Shown: positions 1 to 10,134 of the stretch, in pieces
Layout: each line of letters opens with the position of its first letter
How positions within the stretch are numbered: position 1 is the first letter of the stretch
DNA from: an uncultured Bacteroidales bacterium
GTDB lineage: Bacteria > Bacteroidota > Bacteroidia > Bacteroidales > CAIXZF01
NCBI GenBank assembly: GCA_903923925.1
Contig: CAIXZF010000036.1
Location: 1,093-65,092, forward strand
Direction of reading: 5' to 3'
Length of the DNA: 64,000 nucleotides
The notes under the pieces: model-generated
The model's database searches: none
Told to the model about the DNA's origin: nothing
What the model saw: the letters and a program-made list of their open reading frames with translations, nothing else
Program-made: the position numbers and the translations under genes

Positions 1-1926
1 ACAGTCGGGAATACACAACCATCAATACTTCCATTGTGGAAATTAGCTGATAGCGTAGCAGAATTAAAGTCTGAATACTGACAATCACCGGTGACAGCAG
101 TATTCCAAGTCAGGTCGGAATGTCCACCATTGTAAGTGAATAAATACTCAACCAAAGTACCAGATGAAATATTTATTGGAATAACATTTAGCCAGGCAAA
201 TTTAACTTGTCCGGCTAAATCATTAATAAACATTATGCCTCCTGCTAAACTTGGATCAAGATTCTGATAACCAGTATAGCTTAGAATTGTTGGGTCATAA
301 TTAAGTACAAGAGAAATTGCAGCTACATTATAGGCATCTTCAATTGTAACCGGGACACTAACAGCACCTGGTAACGCATCAATAATAACTGGTGCGTAGG
401 TGTTTATTACGTAAACCGGATTAACAGTTAATATTGCTGAGTTTGAGAAAACTACCTGATTACAGGTAATTTCTGTCATAACACAACGGAATTGATTTCC
501 GTTATCAGATAATGAAACAGATGCAATTGTTAAAGTATTTGAAAGCACACCACTATAAGGTGCTGCATCTGGAACATTTGTAAATGTTAAACCATTGTCG
601 CTACTTGCTTGCCATTGATAACTTACAGACATATCAGCATCTGCATTAAAATTGACTGTTGTTCCTGCATTTGCAGATACATCAGATGGATTTGAAACAA
701 CAGACAAGGTTGGGTAATTAGTTATAGTTGCTGAACTGTTCATGCCGATTGTACAGCCAGAAGTTGAATTCACGGCAGTAACTGTATAGTTTCCGGCTGT
801 ATTAAGGCTGCCAAACGACAAAGCTGAGTTTGTTCCGTTAACACTATTTCCTGTGCTGATACCATTGTTATACAGAGTATAGGAAACTCCGCTTTCAGAA
901 CCACTTAATCCAACAGAAACTCCAGAGCTGGGACATGCACTACCTCCGCCAGTTACATTGTAAACAACAGGGAATACACAACCATCAATGCTTCCGTTAG
1001 TAAATGTGGCAGCCAAAGTAATTGCGTTGAAATCAGAGAACTGACATTCACCTGGTTCGGCTGAATTCCATGCCAGGTCGGAATGCCCACCATTATAATT
1101 GTATAAGAACTCCAGTAAAGTACCACTTGCAAAGTTGATAGGCGTTACGCTAAACCAGGCAAATTTAATCTGACCAGAAAGATCATTAACTAACATTGTT
1201 CCACTGCTTAATAGTGGAGATGGGTTTTGATAACCTACATACGAAAGAATACTTGCATTGTAATTCAGCGAAAGAGAAATTGCTGCAACATTAAATGCAT
1301 TCTCTGCAGTAATTGGAATTGTGACAACACCTGCTAATGCTCCGGTAATTACAGGAGCATAAACATGAATAACCGGTAAGGTATTAACAGTAAGAGTTGC
1401 TGCAGCAGTTGTAGCAACCTGAGGGCAATTAGGATCAGTCATTTCACAGCGATACATGTACCCATCAAATGATACCTGAACATTTACAATATTTAAATTA
1501 TTGGAAAATACACCGCTATATGGTGAAACATTTGTTAAATTCGAATAACTAATACCACCATCGGTGCTTACCTGCCATTGATAAGAAACTGGTATTGTAA
1601 CATCAGTTCCAAATGATGCTGATGTACCTGCATTGGTATTTACATTTCCAGGGTTGTTAATGATAACAATAGCCGGAAGATTTGTAATTGATGCATTGCC
1701 ACTCATTGATGCCTGGCAACCGCTTGTTAAGTTAGAAGCCGTTACTGTATATGTTCCTGGTAAAGACAAGGTATTAAGAACAATAGAACTTCCTGTTCCA
1801 ACAGCGTTTCCTGCTGCTGTTCCAAATTCATTAACCATTGTATACCCAACACCTGTTTCAGATCCATCCAGTGAAATTGCAAATCCTGCTCCACCTGGGC
1901 AAAGTTCTCCGCCTCCGGTTACTGCA
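1..1926 (-). repeat. Two tandem copies of a 963-bp (321-aa) super-repeat inside the edge gene. Each unit holds a cohesin-like module, a TGGG-type module and an Ig-like module.
   Basis: ggaatacacaaccatcaat at 8-26 recurs at 971-989. Colinear similarity continues through caggtcggaatg.ccaccatt and gccaggcaaatttaa. The leftmost copy may continue outside the window. Confidence 0.7.
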
Positions 1927-4478
1927 TAAATTGTTGGCAATGGATTGACTGTGATATTGGCACTGCCATTCATCAGGGCAGTACAGCCACTAACTGAATT
2001 TGTAGCTGTTATTGTATATGTTCCTGAAATATTGAAATTCCCTAATGAAAGTACTGAGCCAGTTCCGTTATATGAACCTGAATAGGCACCATCAATAAAT
2101 AATTCATAGGTTATTCCAACTTCAGAGCCGCTAAGTGAGATTCCTGAACCGCCTGCACCAGCACAAATAACTCCACCACCTGTAACGTCAAAGATTGAAG
2201 GTGATGGATCAATTGTAACAATTGCACTACCGTTCATTGCGGAATTTCCACATGAATTAGTTGCAAGTACTGTATAGGAACCTGCAATAGTATATGTCCC
2301 GAACAAAATAGAGTTGCCGTCGCCAGAAATAATATTTCCGGTTGTAATTCCATCTGCAAACAACTCATATGTTGTTCCAGTTTCAGAACCATCCAAACCA
2401 ACATTCACTCCTGAACCACCAGCGCAGAAATTACCTCCTCCGTAAACGTTGAAGCTGGCTGGTAATGGGTTTACAACAATTGATGCTGAATTATTCATGA
2501 GGAATGATCCGCAGGAATTTACTGCATATACCGAATAGGAACCAGAAGTTGTTTGTGATCCGAAATTAACAGGATTTCCGTTACCTGGGAATACCAATCC
2601 GGTTGCTATGCCCTCATGATATAATCCATAATTAAATCCGGTTTCAGAACCATTCAACCCGACTTCCAGTCCAGAACCGCCGATGCAATAAGAACCTCCA
2701 CCGCTTACATCAAATAGTGTTGCACCTGGTATCTCACTTATTTCAGCACTGCCATTCATTGATGTTGCGCAAAGAATATCATTCTCAGCAACTACTGTGT
2801 ATGTCCCAGATGTTGAATAAATACCAAAGTCTATCGGAGCACCGTCCCCACTTAAGGTAAGGATATTCGTAGCTCCGTAATAAAGTGAATAGCTAACCCC
2901 AGTTTCTGAACCGCTTAGTCCGATCGAAACCCCGGAACCTCCTGAACAGAATGTACCACCACCAGTAACATTAAATGTTGAAGGCGGATTAACTATTGCA
3001 ATAGCAGAAGTTGCTGTAGCAGTGCATCCTTCTGAACTTGTATATTCATAAGTTATTGGATAGATACCTGCGCTAAGTCCGGTAGGATCAAATAGATTAC
3101 CAACTACAGCTACGCCGCTGAAAACGCCTCCTGATGGAGATACAAACGAAGTAATATCCAATGGTGCAGAATTCAAACACACTGAAGGAAGTGATAAAAA
3201 TGTTACCACTGGAACCTCATATGTGGTGATATAATTAGTTGCTGAATTAACACAGCCATTTACATCTGTATATGTGTAAGTAATTGGCCAGCTTCCTGCC
3301 CATTGAGCTGTTGGATCAAACGATGTTCCACTAACACCGGTGCCGCTGTAAATTCCGCCAGCAGGTGATCCACCGGAAATTGTTACTATACCGGCATCCA
3401 TACAAAAATTCCCTAAAACTGGTAAAGTTACAAGCGGTAGTGGGAGCGAAGTTATTGTTGCTGATCCTGTCATATCTGAAACACCACAGGTATTTAACCC
3501 CTGAACAGTATAAGAGCCTCCATCGGAAAATGAACCGAAGTTTAGAGCACTGCCAGTTCCTGAAGCACTGGCTCCGGTATTTGAACCATTCACGTAAAGA
3601 GAATATGTAACTCCGGTTTCAGAACCATTAAGTCCTATTGATGCAGTACCAGTCCCTACACAATGAGTCCCTCCGCCAGTTACATTGAAGGCTAATGGAA
3701 GAGGACATCCGCTGCTGACTGTCAATGTTGCATTGGCGGAAGTGCTTGATAAATTACAACTTGATGAAGTGGCAATGCAACGATAAACGTACCCGTCCAT
3801 TCCACTCTCTGTTGTTGAAATGTTCAATGTACCTGAGGTCACTCCACTGTAAGGAGAAGTGTTTGTTAGACTACTCCAGCTTCCACCACTGTTGGTACTA
3901 ATTTGCCATTGATATGTTCCTGAACCCGTTTGAGCTGAAAAAACTGCTGGATCCCCGCTATTAACTGTTGAACTAACAGGCTGCAATAAAAATGAAGGTG
4001 CTGTTGTTGCATTTACTGCACCATTCTCAAAATTTGCTGGCATTGGATCACCCAGAATATCACTGTACTGACAATTGCCTTGAGTTATCATATCCCACAC
4101 TAATGGGCTGTTTCCACCGTAATAGTTGAAAGTAAAGGTGAATAGAGTCGCCCCGCTCGCTATACTAACGGGTGATAACCCAAACCACGCTGCCAGAACT
4201 TTACCGCCCGATGCATTTACAACCAGGAAACCACCTGCCAGGGCAGAATTCTGAGTGTAACTCACATACTGCAGCACACCAGTGTTATACCCCAGTGCCA
4301 AAGATATCGATGCTACCCCTGAAAAGTTCGTAACTGTTATCGGTACTTGTACCGATGTAGTTCCAGGGCATACCGACACAGTAGGAGCTGTGGTCACAAC
4401 TTGCTGCGAGAATGCTACAAAAGACGATAAAACAATCGCCATTAAGGTTGCAGTAAATTTGGTAATTGTTGTTTTCAT
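1..4478 (-). CDS. Giant multi-domain secreted/cell-surface protein, N-terminal ~1492 aa. The 3' end lies beyond the left window edge. It is absent from the supplied ORF track because it has no stop codon inside the window.
   Basis: Reverse-complement reading from the ATG at 4478..4476 stays open to position 1. It starts MKTTITKFTATLMAIVLSSFVAFSQQ (signal peptide). Next comes a cohesin-like module (VQVPITVTNFSGVASISLALGYNTGVLQYV...). It also has Ig-like modules (..YQWQ(I/V/A)S...G..(W/Y/F)..L....PYSGV....L.I......DG..YRC) and many ~87-aa modules F(N/D)VTGGG..C.GG.G..IGL.GSE.GV.Y.LY. The plus strand has only three short shadow ORFs across 4.4 kb. Confidence 0.85.
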   Translation of the reverse strand, partial: MKTTITKFTATLMAIVLSSFVAFSQQVVTTAPTVSVCPGTTSVQVPITVTNFSGVASISLALGYNTGVLQYVSYTQNSALAGGFLVVNASGGKVLAAWFGLSPVSIASGATLFTFTFNYYGGNSPLVWDMITQGNCQYSDILGDPMPANFENGAVNATTAPSFLLQPVSSTVNSGDPAVFSAQTGSGTYQWQISTNSGGSWSSLTNTSPYSGVTSGTLNISTTESGMDGYVYRCIATSSSCNLSSTSANATLTVSSGCPLPLAFNVTGGGTHCVGTGTASIGLNGSETGVTYSLYVNGSNTGASASGTGSALNFGSFSDGGSYTVQGLNTCGVSDMTGSATITSLPLPLVTLPVLGNFCMDAGIVTISGGSPAGGIYSGTGVSGTSFDPTAQWAGSWPITYTYTDVNGCVNSATNYITTYEVPVVTFLSLPSVCLNSAPLDITSFVSPSGGVFSGVAVVGNLFDPTGLSAGIYPITYEYTSSEGCTATATSAIAIVNPPSTFNVTGGGTFCSGGSGVSIGLSGSETGVSYSLYYGATNILTLSGDGAPIDFGIYSTSGTYTVVAENDILCATSMNGSAEISEIPGATLFDVSGGGSYCIGGSGLEVGLNGSETGFNYGLYHEGIATGLVFPGNGNPVNFGSQTTSGSYSVYAVNSCGSFLMNNSASIVVNPLPASFNVYGGGNFCAGGSGVNVGLDGSETGTTYELFADGITTGNIISGDGNSILFGTYTIAGSYTVLATNSCGNSAMNGSAIVTIDPSPSIFDVTGGGVICAGAGGSGISLSGSEVGITYELFIDGAYSGSYNGTGSVLSLGNFNISGTYTITATNSVSGCTALMNGSANITVNPLPTIYAVTGGGELCPGGAGFAISLDGSETGVGYTMVNEFGTAAGNAVGTGSSIVLNTLSLPGTYTVTASNLTSGCQASMSGNASITNLPAIVIINNPGNVNTNAGTSASFGTDVTIPVSYQWQVSTDGGISYSNLTNVSPYSGVFSNNLNIVNVQVSFDGYMYRCEMTDPNCPQVATTAAATLTVNTLPVIHVYAPVITGALAGVVTIPITAENAFNVAAISLSLNYNASILSYVGYQNPSPLLSSGTMLVNDLSGQIKFAWFSVTPINFASGTLLEFLYNYNGGHSDLAWNSAEPGECQFSDFNAITLAATFTNGSIDGCVFPVVYNVTGGGSACPSSGVSVGLSGSESGVSYTLYNNGISTGNSVNGTNSALSFGSLNTAGNYTVTAVNSTSGCTIGMNSSATITNYPTLSVVSNPSDVSANAGTTVNFNADADMSVSYQWQASSDNGLTFTNVPDAAPYSGVLSNTLTIASVSLSDNGNQFRCVMTEITCNQVVFSNSAILTVNPVYVINTYAPVIIDALPGAVSVPVTIEDAYNVAAISLVLNYDPTILSYTGYQNLDPSLAGGIMFINDLAGQVKFAWLNVIPINISSGTLVEYLFTYNGGHSDLTWNTAVTGDCQYSDFNSATLSANFHNGSIDGCVFPT
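1660..2990 (-). repeat. Five consecutive ~87-aa (261-265 bp) TGGG-type Ig-like modules within the edge gene. Boundaries are approximate.
   Basis: The plus-strand anchor for the GGG motif (ccNccNccNgtNac) recurs at about 1909, 2174, 2435, 2696 and 2957. Further isolated copies lie near 944 and 3670. Copies are diverged at nucleotide level and conserved at protein level. Confidence 0.6.
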
Positions 4479-4898
4479 GTTTGTTATTTTAATTTTTACA
4501 CTATTTATTTTAATATCTTAATAGTCATACAGACATATTGTAAACGCTTCCTTATATCAAACGATAATATACAGCAAGAACCCATTTTTTGGGGCTTACT
4601 GTATATAAACCAATAATGATAGGGTTTTGTTTTGAATGCAATTCCCTTAACTATCAAAACAAAATTAAAACATTTATACTTGAAATTAAAATTAATTACT
4701 GTATTTTTAATAATATTTTAACACAATTTGTGCATAAGGTCCTTGATAATCCCTAATTTCCCATTTGTCAATCATTTACATTGAACAATTATTTTCGATT
4801 GTTTTAACAGTAATTGAAAAAAAGGGCTTCAAATGTATTTTTAAAGCTCATTTTTTGCCGATCTTTATTCAGATTACAGGCTTTCAAAACAAAATGCG

Positions 4899-4906
4899 TA
4901 ATTTTG
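4899..4906 (+). promoter_or_regulatory. Putative Bacteroidota sigma-A -7 box (TAATTTTG, consensus TAnnTTTG) for ffh
   Basis: Exact consensus match 26 nt upstream of the ffh ATG (4932). Confidence 0.4.
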
Positions 4907-4931
4907 CATTTGATTAATTCTATCAAAATAC

Positions 4932-6269
4932 ATGTTTGAAAATTTAACCGACAAACTCGACAGGGCTTTTAAAGTCTTAAAAGGGCAGGGACGTATCACC
5001 GAAATTAATATTTCTGATACACTTAAAGACGTTCGCAAAGCTCTTCTGGATGCTGACGTTAGCTATAAAGTTGCTAAAAAATTTACGGATGATGTAAAGG
5101 AAAAGGCAATTGGTCAGAATGTTCTCACTTCTGTTTCTCCAGGACAGCTAATGGTGAAAATTGTTCACGATAATCTCGCTGAACTCATGGGTGGAACCAG
5201 CACTGAAGTGAACATCAAAGGTTCTCCGCCCGTAATTCTTATTGCCGGACTGCAGGGATCAGGGAAAACGACTTTTTCTGCAAAACTTGCTAAGTACCTG
5301 GTGTCAAAGAAAGGAAGAAAAGCTCTTCTGGTTGCATGCGACATATATCGGCCTGCTGCTATCGAACAGCTGAAAATTCTGGGATCTCAGATTGGAGTCG
5401 AAGTATTTTTTGAAGAAAACGAAAAACCGGTAAAAATTGCAAAACATGCAATTGCCTACGCCCGCGAAAATGGATTTTCCCTTGTTATTATAGATACAGC
5501 CGGGCGATTGGCTATCGACGAGGAAATGATGAATGAAATTGCTGCCATCAAACAGGAAGTTAATCCTTCGGAAACCCTTTTCGTTGTTGATTCCATGACG
5601 GGGCAGGATGCTGTTAATACTGCGAAAACATTTAATGACAGGCTTAACTACGACGGAGTTGTGCTTACTAAGCTAGATGGAGATACCCGCGGTGGAGCTG
5701 CACTTACTATTCGGTCTGTTGTTGAAAAACCAATAAAATTTGTTGGTCTTGGTGAAAAAATGGATGCCATTGATATTTTCCATCCACAACGTATGGCAGA
5801 CAGAATCCTTGGGATGGGTGATATTGTTTCTCTCGTTGAAAAAGCCCAGGAGCAGTTTAGCGTTGAAGAGGCCCAGAAATTACAGAAACGAATTGCAAAA
5901 AATCAATTCGATTTTAACGATTTCCTTACTCAGATAAAGCAGATTAAAAAAATGGGTAATGTGAAAGACCTGCTTGGAATGATTCCGGGAATGGGCAAAG
6001 CATTGAAAGGTGTTGATATCGATGATAATGCATTTAAAGAAATTGAAGCCATCATTCATTCAATGACTCCCAACGAACGGTCTAATCCTTTAATAATAAA
6101 CGGAAACAGAAGGAAACGAATTGCTGGTGGGAGCGGAACTTCTGTTCAGGAAGTAAATCGCCTCATTAAACAATTCGAAGATACCCGTAAAATGATGAAA
6201 CTAATGTCTGGATCTGGTGGCAAAGGAATGATGAACATGATGAAAAATATGAAACAACAGAAAAATTAA
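4932..6269 (+). CDS. ffh: Signal recognition particle protein Ffh
   Basis: 445 aa. SRP54 GTPase motifs GLQGSGKTT, DTAGR and TKLDGD are present. The C-terminal M domain is Met-rich (MMKLMSGSGGKGMMNMMKNM). Confidence 0.95.
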   Translation: MFENLTDKLDRAFKVLKGQGRITEINISDTLKDVRKALLDADVSYKVAKKFTDDVKEKAIGQNVLTSVSPGQLMVKIVHDNLAELMGGTSTEVNIKGSPPVILIAGLQGSGKTTFSAKLAKYLVSKKGRKALLVACDIYRPAAIEQLKILGSQIGVEVFFEENEKPVKIAKHAIAYARENGFSLVIIDTAGRLAIDEEMMNEIAAIKQEVNPSETLFVVDSMTGQDAVNTAKTFNDRLNYDGVVLTKLDGDTRGGAALTIRSVVEKPIKFVGLGEKMDAIDIFHPQRMADRILGMGDIVSLVEKAQEQFSVEEAQKLQKRIAKNQFDFNDFLTQIKQIKKMGNVKDLLGMIPGMGKALKGVDIDDNAFKEIEAIIHSMTPNERSNPLIINGNRRKRIAGGSGTSVQEVNRLIKQFEDTRKMMKLMSGSGGKGMMNMMKNMKQQKN

Positions 6270-6288
6270 TCTTAATTATTCAAAAATA

Positions 6289-7179
6289 ATGAGCCAGTCT
6301 GTTATCATTGACGGGAAACATCTTGCCGATCAGTTAAAATCGGAAATCGCTGTTGAAGTAAAAAAAATGATCGATCAGGGTTATAATCCGCCACATCTGG
6401 CTGCTATTCTTGTTGGTGAGGATCCTGCCAGTGAAACTTATGTTAACAGTAAAGAAAAAGCGTGCAAGGAAGTAGGTTTTATATCTTCAATTTATCGATT
6501 TGAATCTGGCATTGGCGAAAAAAAACTCCTTGAAACAATCGATTTTCTGAATAATGATGAAGAAATTGATGGGTTTATTGTCCAATTGCCACTCCCCGAG
6601 GATATTTCTGTTGATAAAGTTTTGGAGAGAATAAAACCTTCAAAAGATGTTGATGGATTTCATCCTGTAAATATTGGTAAAATGGTTATTAATATGCCTT
6701 GCTATCTCCCAGCTACTCCAAATGGCATTCTTCAAATTATAGAAAAATATAAAATACCTACCGAAGGAAAAAATTGTGTTGTCCTGGGAAGGAGTAATAT
6801 TGTTGGAACACCGATCAGCATATTATTAAGCAGAAAGGGCTATCCGGGAAATGCCACTGTAACATTATGTCATAGCAAAACTATAGGTTTAAAAGAGATT
6901 TGCAGAAATGCTGATATTCTTATTGCAGCAATTGGGCAGCCTGAGTTTGTGAAAGCCGATATGGTAAAAGAGGGTGCTGTTGTTATTGATGTGGGCATTC
7001 ATCGAATTGCAGATTCATCGAAGAAATCTGGTTTCAGGCTTATCGGGGATGTTGATTTTTCTAAAGTGTCCTTAAAAACGAGTATGATATCTCCGGTACC
7101 TGGTGGGGTAGGACCTCTTACGATTGTTTCACTCCTGCAAAACACCCTAAAGGCTGCACGTAAAGAAATATACAAATAG
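6289..7179 (+). CDS. folD: Bifunctional methylenetetrahydrofolate dehydrogenase/methenyl-THF cyclohydrolase FolD
   Basis: 296 aa. N-terminus IIDGK..A......I...V.......PHLAAILVGEDPAS.TYV..K.KAC.EVGF and the C-terminal PVPGGVGP(L/M)T motif are typical of FolD. Confidence 0.93.
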   Translation: MSQSVIIDGKHLADQLKSEIAVEVKKMIDQGYNPPHLAAILVGEDPASETYVNSKEKACKEVGFISSIYRFESGIGEKKLLETIDFLNNDEEIDGFIVQLPLPEDISVDKVLERIKPSKDVDGFHPVNIGKMVINMPCYLPATPNGILQIIEKYKIPTEGKNCVVLGRSNIVGTPISILLSRKGYPGNATVTLCHSKTIGLKEICRNADILIAAIGQPEFVKADMVKEGAVVIDVGIHRIADSSKKSGFRLIGDVDFSKVSLKTSMISPVPGGVGPLTIVSLLQNTLKAARKEIYK

Positions 7180-7180
7180 T

Positions 7181-7819
7181 ATGAATCTAACACCTGAACA
7201 GAGTCGGCTTCTGGCTGAAGGCAGGATGTTACCCATCATGGAAACATTTTACTCAATTCAGGGGGAAGGTGCTAATACTGGTGTGGCTGCATTTTTTGTG
7301 CGAATTGGTGGTTGTGATGTAGGCTGCTATTGGTGTGATGTAAAAGAATCATGGAATCCTGATCTTCATCCATTGCTTCCTGTCGATGATGTTATAAATC
7401 TGGCACTTCTGCATCCTGCACGGTCTGTTGTTATTACAGGTGGAGAACCTCTCTTATATAATCTTGAGTATTTATGCACTCAATTTGAGAATGCAGGCTT
7501 CCAATTATTTCTCGAAACTTCGGGATCTTCTCCTTTTTCCGGCTCTTTCGACTGGATTTGTTTATCACCCAAGAAAAAAGCTGCCCCGTTAACAGATGTC
7601 CTTATTCGTGCGGATGAACTTAAAGTTATCGTTTTTGAAGATTCGGATTTTGAGTGGGCCGAAAGCCTTACTTCCGATTTGAAAAAGGATTGTCTTCTTT
7701 TGTTACAGCCTGAATGGAGCAGACGGGAGAAAATGATGCCGGCAATTGTAGATTATATACTTGCCAATCCGAAATGGATGATTTCCCTGCAAAGCCATAA
7801 GTATATGAAAATACCTTAG
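7181..7819 (+). CDS. queE: 7-carboxy-7-deazaguanine synthase QueE (radical SAM)
   Basis: 212 aa. Has SIQGEG...G....FVR..GCDVGCYWCD (a CxxxCxxC radical-SAM cluster in QueE-type context). The start lies 1 nt after the folD stop. Confidence 0.85.
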   Translation: MNLTPEQSRLLAEGRMLPIMETFYSIQGEGANTGVAAFFVRIGGCDVGCYWCDVKESWNPDLHPLLPVDDVINLALLHPARSVVITGGEPLLYNLEYLCTQFENAGFQLFLETSGSSPFSGSFDWICLSPKKKAAPLTDVLIRADELKVIVFEDSDFEWAESLTSDLKKDCLLLLQPEWSRREKMMPAIVDYILANPKWMISLQSHKYMKIP

Positions 7820-7838
7820 CAATTGTCAACCCGCTAAA

Positions 7839-9788
7839 ATGAATAGAAAATATTATTTTCAGTATTTAACCTTTATAGTTCTCCTCTTTTTTACAGGACA
7901 TTCATTCGCTCAGTCGAATAATACCCCATTGACCAGTACCAGCAAAAAAGCAGTAAGGTCATATTATGAAGCGATGGATTTTTTTGAAAAGAAATTATAC
8001 GACAAAGTAGTTGATAAACTTCAGAATGCTATTGAATCCGATACAAATTTCATTGAAGCATATTTAATGCTGGGTGATGTTGAATCCTATAGAAAAAATA
8101 TAGACAAATCAATTTATTGTTATAAAAAAGCTATTTCAATTGATCCTGATTTTTTTCCGAATGCCGGTTATATTCTTGGAAACATGTTTCTTCCCGAGGG
8201 GAAATATGAAGAAGCTTTAGAGGGTTTTGAAATTGCACACAGGCAAAAGAAATTAAATGTTGAAAAGCAAAAGCTTATTTCGAATAAAATCAATAGTTGC
8301 AAATTTGCAATTAATGCAATTGCCAACCCTGTTCCTTTCGAACCCCAGAGCCTCGGTGATAGTATAAATAGTCCGTATGATGATTATGTTAATGCGATTA
8401 CTGCCGACAATCAGTTTTTGTACATTACTGTAAAAGCACCAAAGGGCAATGTTGATGGAAGAGAAATTCTTGAAGAAGATTTTTATTATTCGTATAGCCA
8501 GAATAGTATTTGGAAAAAGGTAGTCCCGCTCGGCCCGCCTGTTAATACTTCCGGTAACGAAGGAGCACTTTGCATTTCTCCTGACGGTATGGATATGTAT
8601 TTTGCAGGATGTAACAGAGAAGATGGCATGGGGAGTTGTGATATTTATCATGCAAAGCGTAATGGCAGGAATTGGACAATTCCCGGTAATACCGGCAAGA
8701 GTTTGAATTCGGTTAAATGGGATACTCAGCCTTCGGTTTCTTCTGATGGAAAAACCTTGTATTTCACAAGTAACCGTCCGGGCGGAAAAGGGAGTTCTGA
8801 TATTTGGTCATCTGTTTTTCAGAGTGATGGAACCTGGAGTGTTCCTCAAAACCTTGGTGATAGTATTAACACAACTGAACTTGAAATGAACCCTTTTATA
8901 CATCCGGATGGCAAGACATTGTATTTTGCTTCACAAGGACATATTGGAATGGGGGGATTCGATTTATTTGTAAGCAGGAAAAAGGCTGATGGAACTTGGT
9001 CAACACCTTTGAATCTTGGTTATCCGATCAATACTTTTTCCGATGAGATTAATTTTATTGTTAATGCTAAAGGGGATAAAGCATATTTCTCATCTGACAA
9101 ACTCGGTGGTTCGGGAAAAATAGATATATACTATTTTGATTTGTATAAAGAAATCAGGCCGGAATTGGTGAGATATATGAAGGGCAAAGTTTACAATGCA
9201 GAAACTCATAAACCCCTTGAAGCAGAATTTGAATTAATTGATTTGACAACAGGCAAAATTGTTGTGAATTCTCATTCTGAACCAGTATTGGGCGAATTTC
9301 TTGTAACCTTGCCTCCCGACCAGGAATATGCTTTGCATGTTAACAGGAAAGGATATTTGTTTTATTCTGAAAATATTTCAATGAAAAGTGGCCATTTTTC
9401 AGATAAGCCATTTCTTAAAGATATTCCGCTTCAGCCAATAAAATCGGGGGAGATTGTTGTTTTAAACAATGTCTTTTTCGAGACCGACAGATTCGAACTT
9501 AAACCGGAATCGTTTATTGAACTCGATAGACTCGTATATTTGCTTAAAAATAACCCGAATATCAGAATTGAGCTATCAGGGCATACAGATAATATAGGAT
9601 CAGAAAAGCATAATCTGGATTTATCACAGAGCCGGGCAAAAGTTGTTTACGACTATCTGATTAGTAAAAGTATTTCTGCCGGTCGTTTGCAATACAAGGG
9701 TTACGGGGAATCAAAACCAGTTAGTTCAAATGAATCCGAAGAGGGAAGGCGGGTAAACCGTCGTACCGAATTTGTTGTTTTGGAATAA
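7839..9788 (+). CDS. OmpA-family outer-membrane/periplasmic protein with TPR and TolB-like beta-propeller repeats
   Basis: 649 aa. Has a signal peptide (..FFTGHSFAQ), TPR-like N-terminus and repeated SPDG(K/M).(L/M)YF.S.R.GG.G..DI(W/Y) blades. The C-terminal OmpA-like domain reads NV.FE.D...L......LD.L...L..NP...I.L.GHTDN.G....N..LS..RA..V..YL......RL...G.GE..P........GR..NRRTEF. Confidence 0.9.
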   Translation: MNRKYYFQYLTFIVLLFFTGHSFAQSNNTPLTSTSKKAVRSYYEAMDFFEKKLYDKVVDKLQNAIESDTNFIEAYLMLGDVESYRKNIDKSIYCYKKAISIDPDFFPNAGYILGNMFLPEGKYEEALEGFEIAHRQKKLNVEKQKLISNKINSCKFAINAIANPVPFEPQSLGDSINSPYDDYVNAITADNQFLYITVKAPKGNVDGREILEEDFYYSYSQNSIWKKVVPLGPPVNTSGNEGALCISPDGMDMYFAGCNREDGMGSCDIYHAKRNGRNWTIPGNTGKSLNSVKWDTQPSVSSDGKTLYFTSNRPGGKGSSDIWSSVFQSDGTWSVPQNLGDSINTTELEMNPFIHPDGKTLYFASQGHIGMGGFDLFVSRKKADGTWSTPLNLGYPINTFSDEINFIVNAKGDKAYFSSDKLGGSGKIDIYYFDLYKEIRPELVRYMKGKVYNAETHKPLEAEFELIDLTTGKIVVNSHSEPVLGEFLVTLPPDQEYALHVNRKGYLFYSENISMKSGHFSDKPFLKDIPLQPIKSGEIVVLNNVFFETDRFELKPESFIELDRLVYLLKNNPNIRIELSGHTDNIGSEKHNLDLSQSRAKVVYDYLISKSISAGRLQYKGYGESKPVSSNESEEGRRVNRRTEFVVLE

Positions 9789-9798
9789 TAATAATACT

Positions 9799-10122
9799 AT
9801 GGGGCGAATTGTAACAGTTTTTGAATTAAAGGATAAAATCGATCGAAAGGATGAAATCATGATTATTGACATGAGAGACCCTGAAGATTTTGAAGATTAT
9901 CATATCACTGGTTCGGTAAATATCCCTAAGGAAAAAATTAAAGATAACATTCATTTAATTTCAAGGGATATTCCGGTGTATATGGTTTGTAAATACGGAC
10001 AAAAGAGTGAATCTGTAAATTCAACATTGCGAAATGATCATCATTTCAAAAATATATTTAGTATACTTGGTGGTGTTTATGAATGGGCCAAAGAATTTGA
10101 TCCATCAGTTGAAATCTGGTAA
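9799..10122 (+). CDS. Single-domain rhodanese-like sulfurtransferase
   Basis: Chosen start is the ATG at 9799 (MGRIVTVFELK). The track ORF from 9772 would overlap the upstream gene. Has a rhodanese-like fold signature with an active-site loop C-K-Y-G-Q-K-S. Confidence 0.75.
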   Translation: MGRIVTVFELKDKIDRKDEIMIIDMRDPEDFEDYHITGSVNIPKEKIKDNIHLISRDIPVYMVCKYGQKSESVNSTLRNDHHFKNIFSILGGVYEWAKEFDPSVEIW

Positions 10123-10134
10123 TTAAAAAAATGT

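Noticed and set aside
1633-4521. Track ORFs 1633-1929(+), 3365-3610(+) and 4282-4521(+)
   Set aside because: They lie antisense to the long uninterrupted minus-strand frame of the edge-truncated giant gene. Their compositions are low-complexity or odd, with no recognisable motifs. They are shadow ORFs.
4522-4931. 410-bp intergenic region next to ffh, inspected for an SRP (4.5S) RNA gene or other ncRNA. It contains a bulged hairpin at 4570-4603.
   Set aside because: There is no SRP RNA domain-IV-like sequence. The hairpin (tacagcaagaaccc...gggcttactgta) is isolated, has no T run and has no clear function. The region is most simply the divergent promoter region of ffh and the giant gene.
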